IMG/VR virus record: IMGVR_UViG_3300031951_000061
Direction: 5' to 3' (one strand)
DNA length: 64,000 nucleotides
Origin: an uncultured virus (IMG/VR IMGVR_UViG_3300031951_000061)
Lineage: Duplodnaviria; Heunggongvirae; Uroviricota; Caudoviricetes
In this document: positions 46,354 to 56,880 of the stretch, in pieces
How positions within the stretch are numbered: position 1 is the first letter of the stretch
Layout of the letters: every line of letters begins with the position of its first letter
The notes under the pieces: model-generated
The model's database searches: none
What the model was told of the DNA's origin: nothing
Seen by the model: the letters and a program-made list of their open reading frames with translations, nothing else
Made by a program: the position numbers and the translations under genes

Positions 46354-47573
46354 GCTTTATCCTCATAGTCTTTATATCTATAATATCCTCTATCAAAGTC
46401 TACTTGAACTAAAAAGTCTCCCATAAAACCATTTCTATTTTTTCTAAATACACATTCAATAATATCACTATTCGTAGCACGACCAAGTGCCATTACCCAA
46501 TCAGCATCATAAGCAATTTGTCTAGACCATGCAGTTTGTCCTAAAGTTGGCGGTGTAGAAAGATCTTTAACATCATCAGGCGTAGCAGAAGAAATAGCAA
46601 TAATAGGAACCTCTTCACTAATTGACATTAATTTAAGTTCACGAGATAAGTTTTTCATACGTACTGTTTCATTATCAGATTTTTGGTTTGGAGACATAAG
46701 TTGTAAATAGTCTACGATAACAAAGTCTGGTCTATATTGATCAATTTTTCCACGTATAACAGATGGAGTTACATCTCCGCCATTATCATTTGAGATGATG
46801 TGAAATTCTGGTTTACCCGCTAACTTTTCAGCATGCCATTTTTTAAGCATATCAATTTCTACTTCTCCATTGCTAAGTTTGCGGTGAGACCATAAGCCTT
46901 CACCCATAATTGCAAATACACGATTACGAACTTCCGTTTCAGACATTTCAAGACTTATAACAAGTGGACTGCGACCTTGTTTCCATGCTTGTACTGCGAA
47001 ATATAATGCTAGCCAAGATTTACCAATACCTGGGTATGCTAAGAACACACCAAGTTGTCCTGGCATAATTCCAGAAGGTAAATAGTTATCAAATCCTGGT
47101 AAACCTGTCTTAATACCAATATGTCCAAGATCTTGCATTTTCTTTACATTTTCAAAATATGCAACTGCTGACTCTAAATCCGTAACTTCAATATCTCTAA
47201 TTGCAGCAGTATTCTTTTTTAACTCTGATGTTTTTGTAATTAAATGTTCAAGAGCATTTGAGCCATTGCCAACCTGAACTTCAGATGCTGCATTACGCAA
47301 AATATCTTTTAGGCTATCATTTAAATATTCTGCTTGTAGTTCTTCAAGGTGATGCTTTGTTGCTCCAACGCCATCTACTGGAACAAAATCTCTAAATTTT
47401 TCTACTACCAAAGATGCTGGTGGAACTGATTGGTTGTTTTCTGAATACAATCTAATAAAATTCCATACATCATTGTGAGTTCTTAAAAGATTGTCAATGT
47501 TGGCTTGCAGCAAAACATGAATTTGTTTATCATTTAATACGGCACTAATTAATTTTGCTTCTGTATTATTCAC
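46350..47573 (-). CDS. dnaB: DnaB-like replicative helicase
   Basis: AYPGIGKS, SLEMS, VIVDYLQLM, AYDAD, KNRNG. Confidence 0.93.
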   Translation of the reverse strand: MNNTEAKLISAVLNDKQIHVLLQANIDNLLRTHNDVWNFIRLYSENNQSVPPASLVVEKFRDFVPVDGVGATKHHLEELQAEYLNDSLKDILRNAASEVQVGNGSNALEHLITKTSELKKNTAAIRDIEVTDLESAVAYFENVKKMQDLGHIGIKTGLPGFDNYLPSGIMPGQLGVFLAYPGIGKSWLALYFAVQAWKQGRSPLVISLEMSETEVRNRVFAIMGEGLWSHRKLSNGEVEIDMLKKWHAEKLAGKPEFHIISNDNGGDVTPSVIRGKIDQYRPDFVIVDYLQLMSPNQKSDNETVRMKNLSRELKLMSISEEVPIIAISSATPDDVKDLSTPPTLGQTAWSRQIAYDADWVMALGRATNSDIIECVFRKNRNGFMGDFLVQVDFDRGYYRYKDYEDKA

Positions 47574-47874
47574 TAATCCACCTTCTTGCTAATTTTCTTC
47601 TTTCCTGTCTTTCTTTAATATCTTGTTCTACTTCTAATTTTGCTTCCAATATTTTTTCCGCATTGTATGCAAAGTAATTCCAAGAAGGGGAAGAAGCAAT
47701 ATTAAAATAATAATCCAATAAGTCATAACATATTCCTATTCCATAAGATTCAACAAGTGCATCTGCAGCCCATTGCTCAACATTGAGATTCATGTTGCTT
47801 TTGGCTTCGTACTTTTGTAGATGTAGTTTGTTATATCTACTTAGCAAAGCCATTCGGTCTTTGCGTTCAGCCAT
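47566..47874 (-). CDS. hypothetical protein
   Basis: 102 aa, overlaps the helicase start. Confidence 0.7.
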   Translation of the reverse strand: MAERKDRMALLSRYNKLHLQKYEAKSNMNLNVEQWAADALVESYGIGICYDLLDYYFNIASSPSWNYFAYNAEKILEAKLEVEQDIKERQERRKLARRWISE

Positions 47875-48086
47875 TATTCTTTGCTATCAGACTCTGCTTC
47901 TGCCTCTTTAACTTTTTCTGTTAATTTGTCTTCAACAAATTTGTATATTCTTTCAAAGGCCTGTTCTGTATTTTCGCCATCACGCTTAGAGTCAACTATT
48001 CCAAAGTCAAACCTTAGTGATTGAAAATTTCCTAAATTAAGAGTATATCCAAGTGCTACTGATATTTTTGTGTTTTCGTTTTCCAT
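47874..48086 (-). CDS. hypothetical protein
   Basis: LGYTLNLGNFQSLRFD. Confidence 0.7.
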   Translation of the reverse strand: MENENTKISVALGYTLNLGNFQSLRFDFGIVDSKRDGENTEQAFERIYKFVEDKLTEKVKEAEAESDSKE

Positions 48087-48105
48087 TACCCCACCATTTC
48101 TGCTA

Positions 48106-48648
48106 TTAAATATTCTCTGCCCAAACAGGAATAAATCTACCATCTTCTGTCTTTGTATATGTAAGTATACCGTCTCCCATTCGCCGTGTCAATTCTTGGC
48201 TTGTGGGTGTCATATTATTTGTTATAAGTCCATCTTTTCTTGGTTGTCCTATATGTATAGTAGCCAGTATAGCACGGATCTCTCTTACCATGCTTTCTGA
48301 ATAATAAGATCTAATTTGCCAACCTCTTTCACCATTTAGCCTTGCACCAACTGGTGGTGGAATCATTCCAGTTTTAATTAATTTTGGCATATATTTTCTA
48401 TGACGATTAATTAATTTAGCAGTCTCTGCAACTGTATATGCTCTTTCTCTTTTTTTTCTAAAATCTGAACGTAAACAAGTTTCAATTCTATCTTTGGTTA
48501 TGTTATAAACAGAAACCATTCCAGTAGATCGTGAACTATGGTGAAGCCTTACCAAGTCATTATTTAGAAACCATATTTTTTTATTTCCTTTTATTACAGT
48601 TTCGTTATTGTAAATTTCGCCCTGGATAATTCCTTTGCTAGTAACCAT
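48106..48648 (-). CDS. MerR-like HTH DNA-binding protein
   Basis: YTVAETAKLINRH..GMIPPP..RSYYSE. Confidence 0.6.
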   Translation of the reverse strand: MVTSKGIIQGEIYNNETVIKGNKKIWFLNNDLVRLHHSSRSTGMVSVYNITKDRIETCLRSDFRKKRERAYTVAETAKLINRHRKYMPKLIKTGMIPPPVGARLNGERGWQIRSYYSESMVREIRAILATIHIGQPRKDGLITNNMTPTSQELTRRMGDGILTYTKTEDGRFIPVWAENI

Positions 48649-48785
48649 TTTCCTTCTTCACTTTCTGTCGGAGGATGAAAAAATCTTCTTAATCCACACA
48701 CAACACAATATGTTTCCATATGTTGAATACTGCTGTATTGTCTATCAACAAAAGTTCTACCCCTACATTTTTTACAAAAAATCAT
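48594..48785 (-). CDS. zinc-ribbon protein
   Basis: CKKCRGR..YCVVCG. Confidence 0.7.
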   Translation of the reverse strand: MIFCKKCRGRTFVDRQYSSIQHMETYCVVCGLRRFFHPPTESEEGKWLLAKELSRAKFTITKL

Positions 48786-48795
48786 AAGTTTATTA

Positions 48796-49236
48796 TTAGT
48801 TTGGAATTCCAACAATAATCAAATGTACTGCTAAAGATAAGTCGCCAGAAGCCCCAAATCTCACAATGCCTTCAACTCTTGTTTCTGTAACACTCTTTAA
48901 AATAACATTTACGTTTTGTCCTGCTGGTGTTTGTCCAATATTTACTGGAGTAGCCGAAACAATTGGTGGATACTTAAAGTCTTTAAAGTCATATGTAAAA
49001 GTTTTTTCATTTCCAGCAGAAACTGTTGAGTTATTAGCAACTTCAACATAGCCACCAATTATTCTTGAATTAGAAGTTTTAATTTCTTGTTTGCCAGCGC
49101 TAGTTGTATCTATAACAGTTTTGTTAGTAGTTGTAGACGCAACCTGTGTAGAAAGGTCATTTACAGCATCAACTAAACTATATAAATATGTAACATCAAG
49201 AGGTTGTCCTCTTTCTGGTAGTGGTACCTTAGCCAT
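48796..49236 (-). CDS. putative virion protein
   Basis: End of the tail operon; beta-rich, FKYPPIVSAT. Confidence 0.55.
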   Translation of the reverse strand: MAKVPLPERGQPLDVTYLYSLVDAVNDLSTQVASTTTNKTVIDTTSAGKQEIKTSNSRIIGGYVEVANNSTVSAGNEKTFTYDFKDFKYPPIVSATPVNIGQTPAGQNVNVILKSVTETRVEGIVRFGASGDLSLAVHLIIVGIPN

Positions 49237-49261
49237 TATTTCCTCCTATTAAAGTATATCA

Positions 49262-49762
49262 TTAAACGGTGTGTGGACCATCTTCATAGACTAATAAAAA
49301 AGAAGAATCTCTAGTGATTGGTGTTCCTTTTAAATATACTTCTATTGAAAGTTTATTAGGTGCAGAACCTTGAACTACTCCATTTATTGTATATGTACTT
49401 GGAATTGGAAAAGAAGCATTGGTGCCATCAATTCTTTGTTTATAAATCCAATCTCCCCCATCGCTTCTATCCCATTTTAACCATATATCAAATTCATGTG
49501 ATCTTCTAATTTGATTTCCATCTATTTGTATTGAAACAGAATCCCAAGCAAAGGTTGCAACTTGTCCTGATTTGTTAAAAGATATATCACCACCAACATA
49601 TGTATATCCTGGTTGAATGACTGATATTGGTGACCATTGAGATGTTCTATTTTTGTCTTCGGAAACTACCCTGTACTTTAAAACATATCCTTCTTCATTC
49701 ACATTTATTGTAGGAAGATTTCCTTGTTTTATTCTTATCTTTTTAATTCCTGCATCCGCCAT
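49262..49762 (-). CDS. putative minor tail protein
   Basis: YRVVSEDKNRTSQWSP; tail operon. Confidence 0.55.
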   Translation of the reverse strand: MADAGIKKIRIKQGNLPTINVNEEGYVLKYRVVSEDKNRTSQWSPISVIQPGYTYVGGDISFNKSGQVATFAWDSVSIQIDGNQIRRSHEFDIWLKWDRSDGGDWIYKQRIDGTNASFPIPSTYTINGVVQGSAPNKLSIEVYLKGTPITRDSSFLLVYEDGPHTV

Positions 49763-50907
49763 TATGTTACACCAACTGAAAATCTAAACTCAATATAATT
49801 GCTAGTATTAGGACTTTTTACAATAGTTGATGCGTCTATGTTTTGAACTACTGAATATCCAGTTAAACCATAAAGTGGATTTACTGTACCAATATTTTCT
49901 AGTCTTAAAGCATCCAGCGCCACATAATAGTTGCCAGATGGATTGACTCCATCAATAACACACGCATATATTTTGACCACTGAAACTGCATTCCAATCAA
50001 ATTCAGATGTTCTATATAGTTGTTGAAGTTGCTTTGTTACAACAAAATATCTTTCTGTTGCAAAATCATATTGTCCACCACTACTATCATCAATAACCTC
50101 TGCTTCAAGTCTTGCAAACTGTGTTCCGTTTGTATTTTCAAATGAAACCAAAACTCTAGCCCTTTCTGGCTGTGTGCCAGATCCGTAAGTTCCATCCCTG
50201 TTTACTATTGAAAACGCCAATCTTAGTTCATCTGTTGGAGAGTTTCTTGTAAAATCAACTGTTGCACCGCTTAGTTTAATATAATTTGATCCTGCACTTA
50301 TTTCAAAAGTATCTTGCGCTGGACCACTATCAGACTCTATGTCAAGATCTGACTCATTACCCTTTATTAAAATTGTATTATTTAAAAATCTTGGTCTTTC
50401 ATATCTTTCTACTCTTGGAGATTTAAAAAATATTGGATTATCTGCGCTTGTTTGAAAAACTGGATCTGCAACTGCAATAATATTATCATACTCAGGCTCA
50501 TCTAATGCACTAGAAAATGTGTCAATTGCTACTGCTGATCCACCAGTAACGTATTGCCAATTTTCTGTTTGTGTAAAAGCAAATACTGTTTTGCTATCAT
50601 ATGCTCCAGCAGATGGATTTGATCCTGCAGAATAAATTCCAATTTCTGAAATTTCATACCTTTCTTCTGTTGGAAGTTCTGCGGTTAAAACAATTTTATC
50701 TAATCCACCCTCATTTACGAATCCCCTTGAAGAGATTGGAACACGAAACATTTCAAAATCTAAATTTTGTTTTGCTGAATAATTTCCAAGAGGATCTCCA
50801 GTAGTTAATGGTGTAGCACCACAACCAATAGCAAGATAAGAGGCATAGGCTGGTGCTTGACCAAGCAAATATTTTGCAATAATGGTTTTGCCAGTATTAG
50901 TTATCAT
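49762..50907 (-). CDS. putative tail-tip/baseplate protein
   Basis: MITNTGKTIIAKYL, YLAIGCG, ISEIGIY. Confidence 0.6.
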   Translation of the reverse strand: MITNTGKTIIAKYLLGQAPAYASYLAIGCGATPLTTGDPLGNYSAKQNLDFEMFRVPISSRGFVNEGGLDKIVLTAELPTEERYEISEIGIYSAGSNPSAGAYDSKTVFAFTQTENWQYVTGGSAVAIDTFSSALDEPEYDNIIAVADPVFQTSADNPIFFKSPRVERYERPRFLNNTILIKGNESDLDIESDSGPAQDTFEISAGSNYIKLSGATVDFTRNSPTDELRLAFSIVNRDGTYGSGTQPERARVLVSFENTNGTQFARLEAEVIDDSSGGQYDFATERYFVVTKQLQQLYRTSEFDWNAVSVVKIYACVIDGVNPSGNYYVALDALRLENIGTVNPLYGLTGYSVVQNIDASTIVKSPNTSNYIEFRFSVGVT

Positions 50908-51737
50908 GAGGCTATTTCTCCAAGATCTGCTTCATATATTGTACCATCTGTGGTAATTTGTAATTCAATCTGCTCATCACTGTTTATATTAATAAACTCA
51001 ATAATCAAGTCTCCCGTGCTTTCCTCAATATAGATATTTTCTCCATTTATACCATTTCCTTGGTTTGGAATTTTGTCTTCTAGTTTTATTGAAAATCCAG
51101 CAAAATATTTATCTGAGGTTTGTTGAAGACTAAGAATATTATTAGGATTATATCGCTGCTGTATTGATGATAAATTTTTAATAGGTTGGTATGATATTTT
51201 TTGACCATTCACAATATCAGACCTTGTAATATTAATTAATTCTTGTCCACCAATATTTTCAAATATTAAATCTGCCATTGTATCTATTGGCGTTGTTTCA
51301 TCATCAAATAAAATAATATCTAAGGTTGCAGTTTTAACTGGTGGTGGTGGAGTAGAAATTATTACTGGCAAAGTTGGCGTTGATGGTGTTGCAACTATGC
51401 TACTTGTTATAAAACTAGTTGGTCCTGCACCTGTAATTATAACCTCTTCTGTAATTGGTTCTTTTTTATATCCAGTTTCTGTACGAACAGTTCCTAATGG
51501 TATTGGTCCAATAAATAATCCATTTGAAACTGCTGGCTGAAAAGCATCTGCGATTGCTTTATAAGAAACAGAAGATTTTTTAGGTGGTTCTGATTTAACT
51601 ACAGGCGGAACGTATGGACTATATTTTGAAGGACCAGTAAATTCGGGTTCTTTTTTTGTTGTAGATATAACTCTGTCTTCTCTTGTATTAGCCCTAATTA
51701 TTTTGGATGTACCACCACCTGAATTTTCGCTTGCCAC
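50904..51737 (-). CDS. putative minor tail protein
   Basis: Pro/Thr-rich N-half, FENIGGQELI; tail operon. Confidence 0.55.
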   Translation of the reverse strand: MASENSGGGTSKIIRANTREDRVISTTKKEPEFTGPSKYSPYVPPVVKSEPPKKSSVSYKAIADAFQPAVSNGLFIGPIPLGTVRTETGYKKEPITEEVIITGAGPTSFITSSIVATPSTPTLPVIISTPPPPVKTATLDIILFDDETTPIDTMADLIFENIGGQELINITRSDIVNGQKISYQPIKNLSSIQQRYNPNNILSLQQTSDKYFAGFSIKLEDKIPNQGNGINGENIYIEESTGDLIIEFININSDEQIELQITTDGTIYEADLGEIAS

Positions 51738-51738
51738 T

Positions 51739-54700
51739 TTACACCTCCGCCAAATAAAGAGTCATATCTGGACCATTTATTTTTCTTGCATATTCAATAT
51801 TATATACTACAAACCTAGAAGTATTTTTTGTGACTAAGTCTAAATTATTAGAGTCTTTATAATTAATTGTTACAATATCTCCAAGTTGAATAGTTGGAGT
51901 TGCAAATATTTTTATACCAACTGATTTTTTAGGTTCCATTAACTTATCTATAATCCAGCCCATCAAACTTTCAGCATCGTCTTGTGTTTGAATATATGGA
52001 GTGTCTAGAGTAAATTCATTATTTCCATAAATCATTCTACTTAATTTTATATTATCAAATTTTTCTTTTTCAACAAGCGGAGAAATAATTTGAGAAGAAC
52101 TAGTTAGTTGTGGATTAGAAAAATTGCTACGTTTTTTAAAATACTCATCAACAGTTAGTTCGTGAGTTGTGTCCTGTGTAAAAGTAATTCCCTGAATTCT
52201 TAAATAGTTGCCACTGGTTTCGTCAAGATTAATTGCTGTATCTGTAGCATTAAAAACTAAAAACTCTGCGCCGTATGAATCAGCATAAAATCCAGATGTG
52301 ATATATCCTTTTATTTTATTAAAAGTTGGAGATAGTTGAGCGTAAAGAGCAGGATATGCACGATCATATTTAATATCAAAATAAGAACACTCTCTCATAA
52401 TTGAGCCAAATTCTTCAAAATACATATTATATTTAGGTGGTTGTTGAGAACTAATTCCTGATAAATACGTTGACTGAACAATGCCACTCATTGCATATTT
52501 TCTAAAAGACTCACTAGCATTTATTTCTTTATCGCCAAATGCTGATGAAAGTGTTTCTCCAACTGTAAACACGCTATTTTGAGAATAGTTTTCAGATAGT
52601 GCGTAAATATTTTCAAACATAACTCTAGAAGATCCACGAACAAATAGAGCCATATTGTTATATACTGGTAGCGGATCTGTATCGTCTACAACCTGAATTA
52701 GTTGATTATTTATATATAAGAAAAATCTTCTAATTTTTCCTATATCTTGATATTCTACTGCTAGATCATATACTGTTGGATTTTCTTCACTAGACATTCT
52801 ATATTGTCCAGTAAATCTACCGTCGTCAACTGTAATTTTTGATAGCCCTCCCCAAAGTTTTACTGGAATGGCTTCTGTATTTGAAGAATTTTTTTTGATT
52901 TTATAAAATACTACGTTATTAATTGAAATACTAGATTTGTTATTTTTATCTAATTTTAAATATGATTCTATATTTTGTTCTGTTAAGGCAGCAATTTCAA
53001 AATAATATCCATTATTTGTTTCTGGATTAAGCAATACTGCTAAACCTCCAGAACCACCACCAATGTTTACATTTTGATCTGGTTTAACTCCAGCGACCTG
53101 GTAGTATGTTACGCTTCCTGTTGGAGTCTGACTACGACTTTCGTTGTTTTCAATTTTACCAATAATTCTTATTCTAGTTCCAAAATGTTTATATGCATTA
53201 TTTAATTCTTTATAAACATATGAAACTAAGTCAATTGGTTTTTCTGTTGTTGTAAATGATGGACCATTCATAACCAAAGCAGATGACTGGATTGTTCCAG
53301 ATTGTGTTGACGTTGTATTATTAACTGGTGTTTCAGTTGAATAACTTGAGGACATGAAGTTTTTTATAGTTCCATTTCTTGATGTCTGTCTTGCTTTAGT
53401 GTTGTTAACGCCTGCTGCTCCAGTTGATGTTGATGGAAGGGATATGTCTTCAAGTAGTGTGGTTGTAAACAAATACTCTGTTTTCATCTCACATCCTTTG
53501 ACATAATCATTGTTGGACCAATATGAATTTATACCTGCAGAATGTGTCGTAACCTGTGTTCCAAATTGTGCACGCCCATGTTCGTAAACTGAACCATTTT
53601 GTAAACGAGTAATTCCATCAATTGTTTCATAAAATGGAACGGTATAAATTCTAACTAATCCTGTAGGATATATTTTTCCATTAAATGGTAATGACTTAAA
53701 ATAGTTTTGATACTCTTGATTATTTGTAATCCAAACATTACTACTACCCTGTCTATGTGATGTTCTCCAACCCTGGATTGCTTCACCTTTTTGTGCTTCT
53801 GTAATTTCGCCATTTGCAACTTTTTTATCTAAATTGTCAATAATACTAGTTGGCGCTAGTCTTCCAGGCAAGACAATTTGTGGAGAGGAATCTAGCAATG
53901 AGCCATCTGATTGAATAGGATACCAAATTGCAAGGGTAACATTAAATTGAGCAGCATCATATCTAATAATTTCTCCGTTAGAATAAAAATAACCTTGATA
54001 TCTGGTAAGCCAATAAACATTTTCTCCAAGATCTATTACGTTATTTTGAATTTGATGATTAACCACTGTTGGAACACTATTGGATAAGTCTGAATTTATT
54101 GGCATTGCTCCAAGAACATATTTTGATTGTTTAGATGCAACCTCATTAATTGTTTTTGTTGAGTCTGTTCCAGAAACTTCCCAAAGTAAGGCTGGTTTAT
54201 ATATCCAAGTTTTTTCTTTATCAATCATACTTGCCTGACGAACGTTGCCATATGATCTTTGAATATATCTAGTTGTATAATTAATTTTTCCATTATTATA
54301 AACTTTTTTATCTTCAGATGCTATTGATAAAATGTTTGGCAGTGTTCCAGAGGTTTGATTTTCAATTATTCCACTAGCAGACTGATTATTTGAACCAGAT
54401 AAAATAATATTGGTGCTTCTATCATCTATTGTTGGCAACATATAATCTTTACTCATTACTATAAAGTTATTATATTCATCAAAAAACATTGCAGTTTGTG
54501 TTGATACTGCCAGTTGATTTAAAACTTCTGCTACGGTTTGATCTGGTGCAATAAAAAAATATGGAATTATTGGTTCTGGCTCATTTGTTGTTCTATAAAA
54601 AGCGTAGTTGCTAAATCCAATATAGTCAAGAATTAATGTAATAGCATAACTAAGTGATACTTCTGTTACTAACATTCTTGGTGCTGGCATAGATTCTAAA

Positions 54701-56244
54701 AAGAAATAAAAATCTCTTAGGGATAAATCTAATGTTCCAGCAGTTACATTTGCTTGCGGGAATCCGTCTGAATATAAAGTTTTAATTGGTACCCAATAAT
54801 CATATCCGCTTACATTTAATATTTTTTCATAAAAATTAAATTTTATATTTTTACGAATATAATCACTAATAATGCTATTAGTATTATTGTCATTAAATGC
54901 TTGGTCATCGTCAAATATGGACAAATTTCCAGTTGAAGCCAGCAATTGTCCCACTGGTAAAGCAGAGTTTCCTAAGTCTGAAAGTATTTTTTTAATACTA
55001 TATTCTATAACTTTGTCAGATATATTAACAACAAGCCTTGGAGACATTTCAATTAAATCAAAAGTAGAATCAAACTTATTCATTCTTTCTACAACAATCC
55101 TTAATCCACGAATATCTTGAAATTCCCTATATATTGTCTTTCCATTTGTTGTTTCTATAAAAGATAACGGAGATGTTAAATCTGTTACAAAACTTGTTTT
55201 ATTGTCAATTTTTTCACTTCCTAAAATCCAACCATAGGCGGGTACAAATGTTTCATATTCCTCTGTGGTTGAATTCCAAACATGAAATGTTCCAACACTA
55301 CCCTCATTTTCAATAACTAAATATGCATATCCATTAATTGATTCTGTTGGTAAAAGTGTTGAGGAAGAGATTGTTTCTGCTATAACAAAAGTATCTTTAA
55401 AATTGTCTGGAATATTTTTTAACGCATACTGTAATTCAACGTATCCATCATTAGAAATAATTGCAGAGCCATCTTCTCTTAAATCGTTTTCATTAAAAAT
55501 ATATGCATCAGTCCAGTTATTTTCTTCAAGATATTGAACTCTCCATCTTGTTGGAGTTGTTTTATTTGCATTGCCATAAAGTGGATCTGGAAACGTTCTA
55601 GAGATATCTGTAAAATCTCCAAGGTCTATATCACCAACATTTGTTTGCATTTTTACAATAATTCTATTTGTTGGGACATTTTTTTTATACACAACAAATG
55701 GCACAGCATCATCTATATAATAGTTTCCATTAACTATTGTTTTAGCAATACCTCTTTCAATACCGTTTTCAGTTCTAAAAGAAGTCCAATATTTAAATTG
55801 ATCATATCTAGATGGCATATAATATCTTGGCCTTCTTGCAATATCCTTGCCAGAATTTGCTAAATATCTACCGTTAAAAAATGCTGCCTTATTAATACCA
55901 GATCTTGGTCTAAATGGTTTTATACAATCTTCTAAAGAATATAATAATTTAACTTTTTCTTTTGTTGAAGTAAAAAGTTGTGGTGTTCCATTATTTTCAA
56001 ACCCTCCATCAATAACAACATCAGCATCTGTTGCACCTGTATAGAACAAACCAATATCTGCTGGATCAAAAGTATTTATTAGCGTTAAAAATTGAGAATT
56101 TTGTTCTTGAGGCCTATACCTATAGTTACCAAGTTTGGATATGTTATCTGGCATATTCATATTCCACTCAGCCAGAACTAGTGACTCTGTTTGTATTGTT
56201 GCAGATGTTTCAAAGTGATCTTTTAATTCGGTACTTTCAAACAT
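51739..56244 (-). CDS. large tail-tip/hub protein
   Basis: 1501 aa, two genes after the TMP; MFFDEYN, PTIQLGDIVTI. Confidence 0.65.
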   Translation of the reverse strand: MFESTELKDHFETSATIQTESLVLAEWNMNMPDNISKLGNYRYRPQEQNSQFLTLINTFDPADIGLFYTGATDADVVIDGGFENNGTPQLFTSTKEKVKLLYSLEDCIKPFRPRSGINKAAFFNGRYLANSGKDIARRPRYYMPSRYDQFKYWTSFRTENGIERGIAKTIVNGNYYIDDAVPFVVYKKNVPTNRIIVKMQTNVGDIDLGDFTDISRTFPDPLYGNANKTTPTRWRVQYLEENNWTDAYIFNENDLREDGSAIISNDGYVELQYALKNIPDNFKDTFVIAETISSSTLLPTESINGYAYLVIENEGSVGTFHVWNSTTEEYETFVPAYGWILGSEKIDNKTSFVTDLTSPLSFIETTNGKTIYREFQDIRGLRIVVERMNKFDSTFDLIEMSPRLVVNISDKVIEYSIKKILSDLGNSALPVGQLLASTGNLSIFDDDQAFNDNNTNSIISDYIRKNIKFNFYEKILNVSGYDYWVPIKTLYSDGFPQANVTAGTLDLSLRDFYFFLESMPAPRMLVTEVSLSYAITLILDYIGFSNYAFYRTTNEPEPIIPYFFIAPDQTVAEVLNQLAVSTQTAMFFDEYNNFIVMSKDYMLPTIDDRSTNIILSGSNNQSASGIIENQTSGTLPNILSIASEDKKVYNNGKINYTTRYIQRSYGNVRQASMIDKEKTWIYKPALLWEVSGTDSTKTINEVASKQSKYVLGAMPINSDLSNSVPTVVNHQIQNNVIDLGENVYWLTRYQGYFYSNGEIIRYDAAQFNVTLAIWYPIQSDGSLLDSSPQIVLPGRLAPTSIIDNLDKKVANGEITEAQKGEAIQGWRTSHRQGSSNVWITNNQEYQNYFKSLPFNGKIYPTGLVRIYTVPFYETIDGITRLQNGSVYEHGRAQFGTQVTTHSAGINSYWSNNDYVKGCEMKTEYLFTTTLLEDISLPSTSTGAAGVNNTKARQTSRNGTIKNFMSSSYSTETPVNNTTSTQSGTIQSSALVMNGPSFTTTEKPIDLVSYVYKELNNAYKHFGTRIRIIGKIENNESRSQTPTGSVTYYQVAGVKPDQNVNIGGGSGGLAVLLNPETNNGYYFEIAALTEQNIESYLKLDKNNKSSISINNVVFYKIKKNSSNTEAIPVKLWGGLSKITVDDGRFTGQYRMSSEENPTVYDLAVEYQDIGKIRRFFLYINNQLIQVVDDTDPLPVYNNMALFVRGSSRVMFENIYALSENYSQNSVFTVGETLSSAFGDKEINASESFRKYAMSGIVQSTYLSGISSQQPPKYNMYFEEFGSIMRECSYFDIKYDRAYPALYAQLSPTFNKIKGYITSGFYADSYGAEFLVFNATDTAINLDETSGNYLRIQGITFTQDTTHELTVDEYFKKRSNFSNPQLTSSSQIISPLVEKEKFDNIKLSRMIYGNNEFTLDTPYIQTQDDAESLMGWIIDKLMEPKKSVGIKIFATPTIQLGDIVTINYKDSNNLDLVTKNTSRFVVYNIEYARKINGPDMTLYLAEV

Positions 56245-56880
56245 TTAAACTTCTTCCAGTGTTACCGATATGTTCCAAAGATCATGATTTGTTGCTCCAC
56301 GCTTTACGACGGAATAGTTAAAATCTGCAAAATAAACTTGAATTATTTGATTGTATCTATTTAAACCAGTATACTCATAACCTTGTCCTTCTAGGTTTGT
56401 ATATTTATCATAAGCAAGATACATCCAGAAAGGCCCCTGATGTGTTTCATACCAGTCAAGCAGTTCTACTCCACCTGCACCACCATCTGCTGTATATTCT
56501 AGTTGAGACCCTTCATTTGGTGCTATACCTGTTGCTTCATCAAAATTGGCTAGTCCTGAATATCCTCGTGAAGGTAGCATATTCCAAGATACAGACATGT
56601 TTAGTTTATCTGCAATATGATATGAACGCATACGACCATTAATCGTTCTTTGTCTTTGTTCAATTCTTTGGGTATTAAATTGCATATCCCCTCTATTATG
56701 GTCAGATAAAATAATAAACTGATCTAATAGGTCTGGGTTTGTTTCTTGTGTGTCTGCCCCTACCTCTATGCCATTAGGCACATAAAGGCCATTAGAGAGG
56801 GTTCCAGGGTTGTTTGCCCATAATATACCCTGGGGTCTTGTATATCTACGTCTACCCGCTAAATAGGCACTAGTAGCCAT
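56245..56880 (-). CDS. distal tail protein candidate
   Basis: Directly after the TMP; RTINGRMR, WNISVTLEEV. Confidence 0.6.
   Translation of the reverse strand: MATSAYLAGRRRYTRPQGILWANNPGTLSNGLYVPNGIEVGADTQETNPDLLDQFIILSDHNRGDMQFNTQRIEQRQRTINGRMRSYHIADKLNMSVSWNMLPSRGYSGLANFDEATGIAPNEGSQLEYTADGGAGGVELLDWYETHQGPFWMYLAYDKYTNLEGQGYEYTGLNRYNQIIQVYFADFNYSVVKRGATNHDLWNISVTLEEV

Noticed and set aside
32842..47573. Inteins or introns in terL, recA, dnaE, dnaB
   Set aside because: Lengths are ordinary, motifs are contiguous, and no splicing or homing-endonuclease signatures were seen
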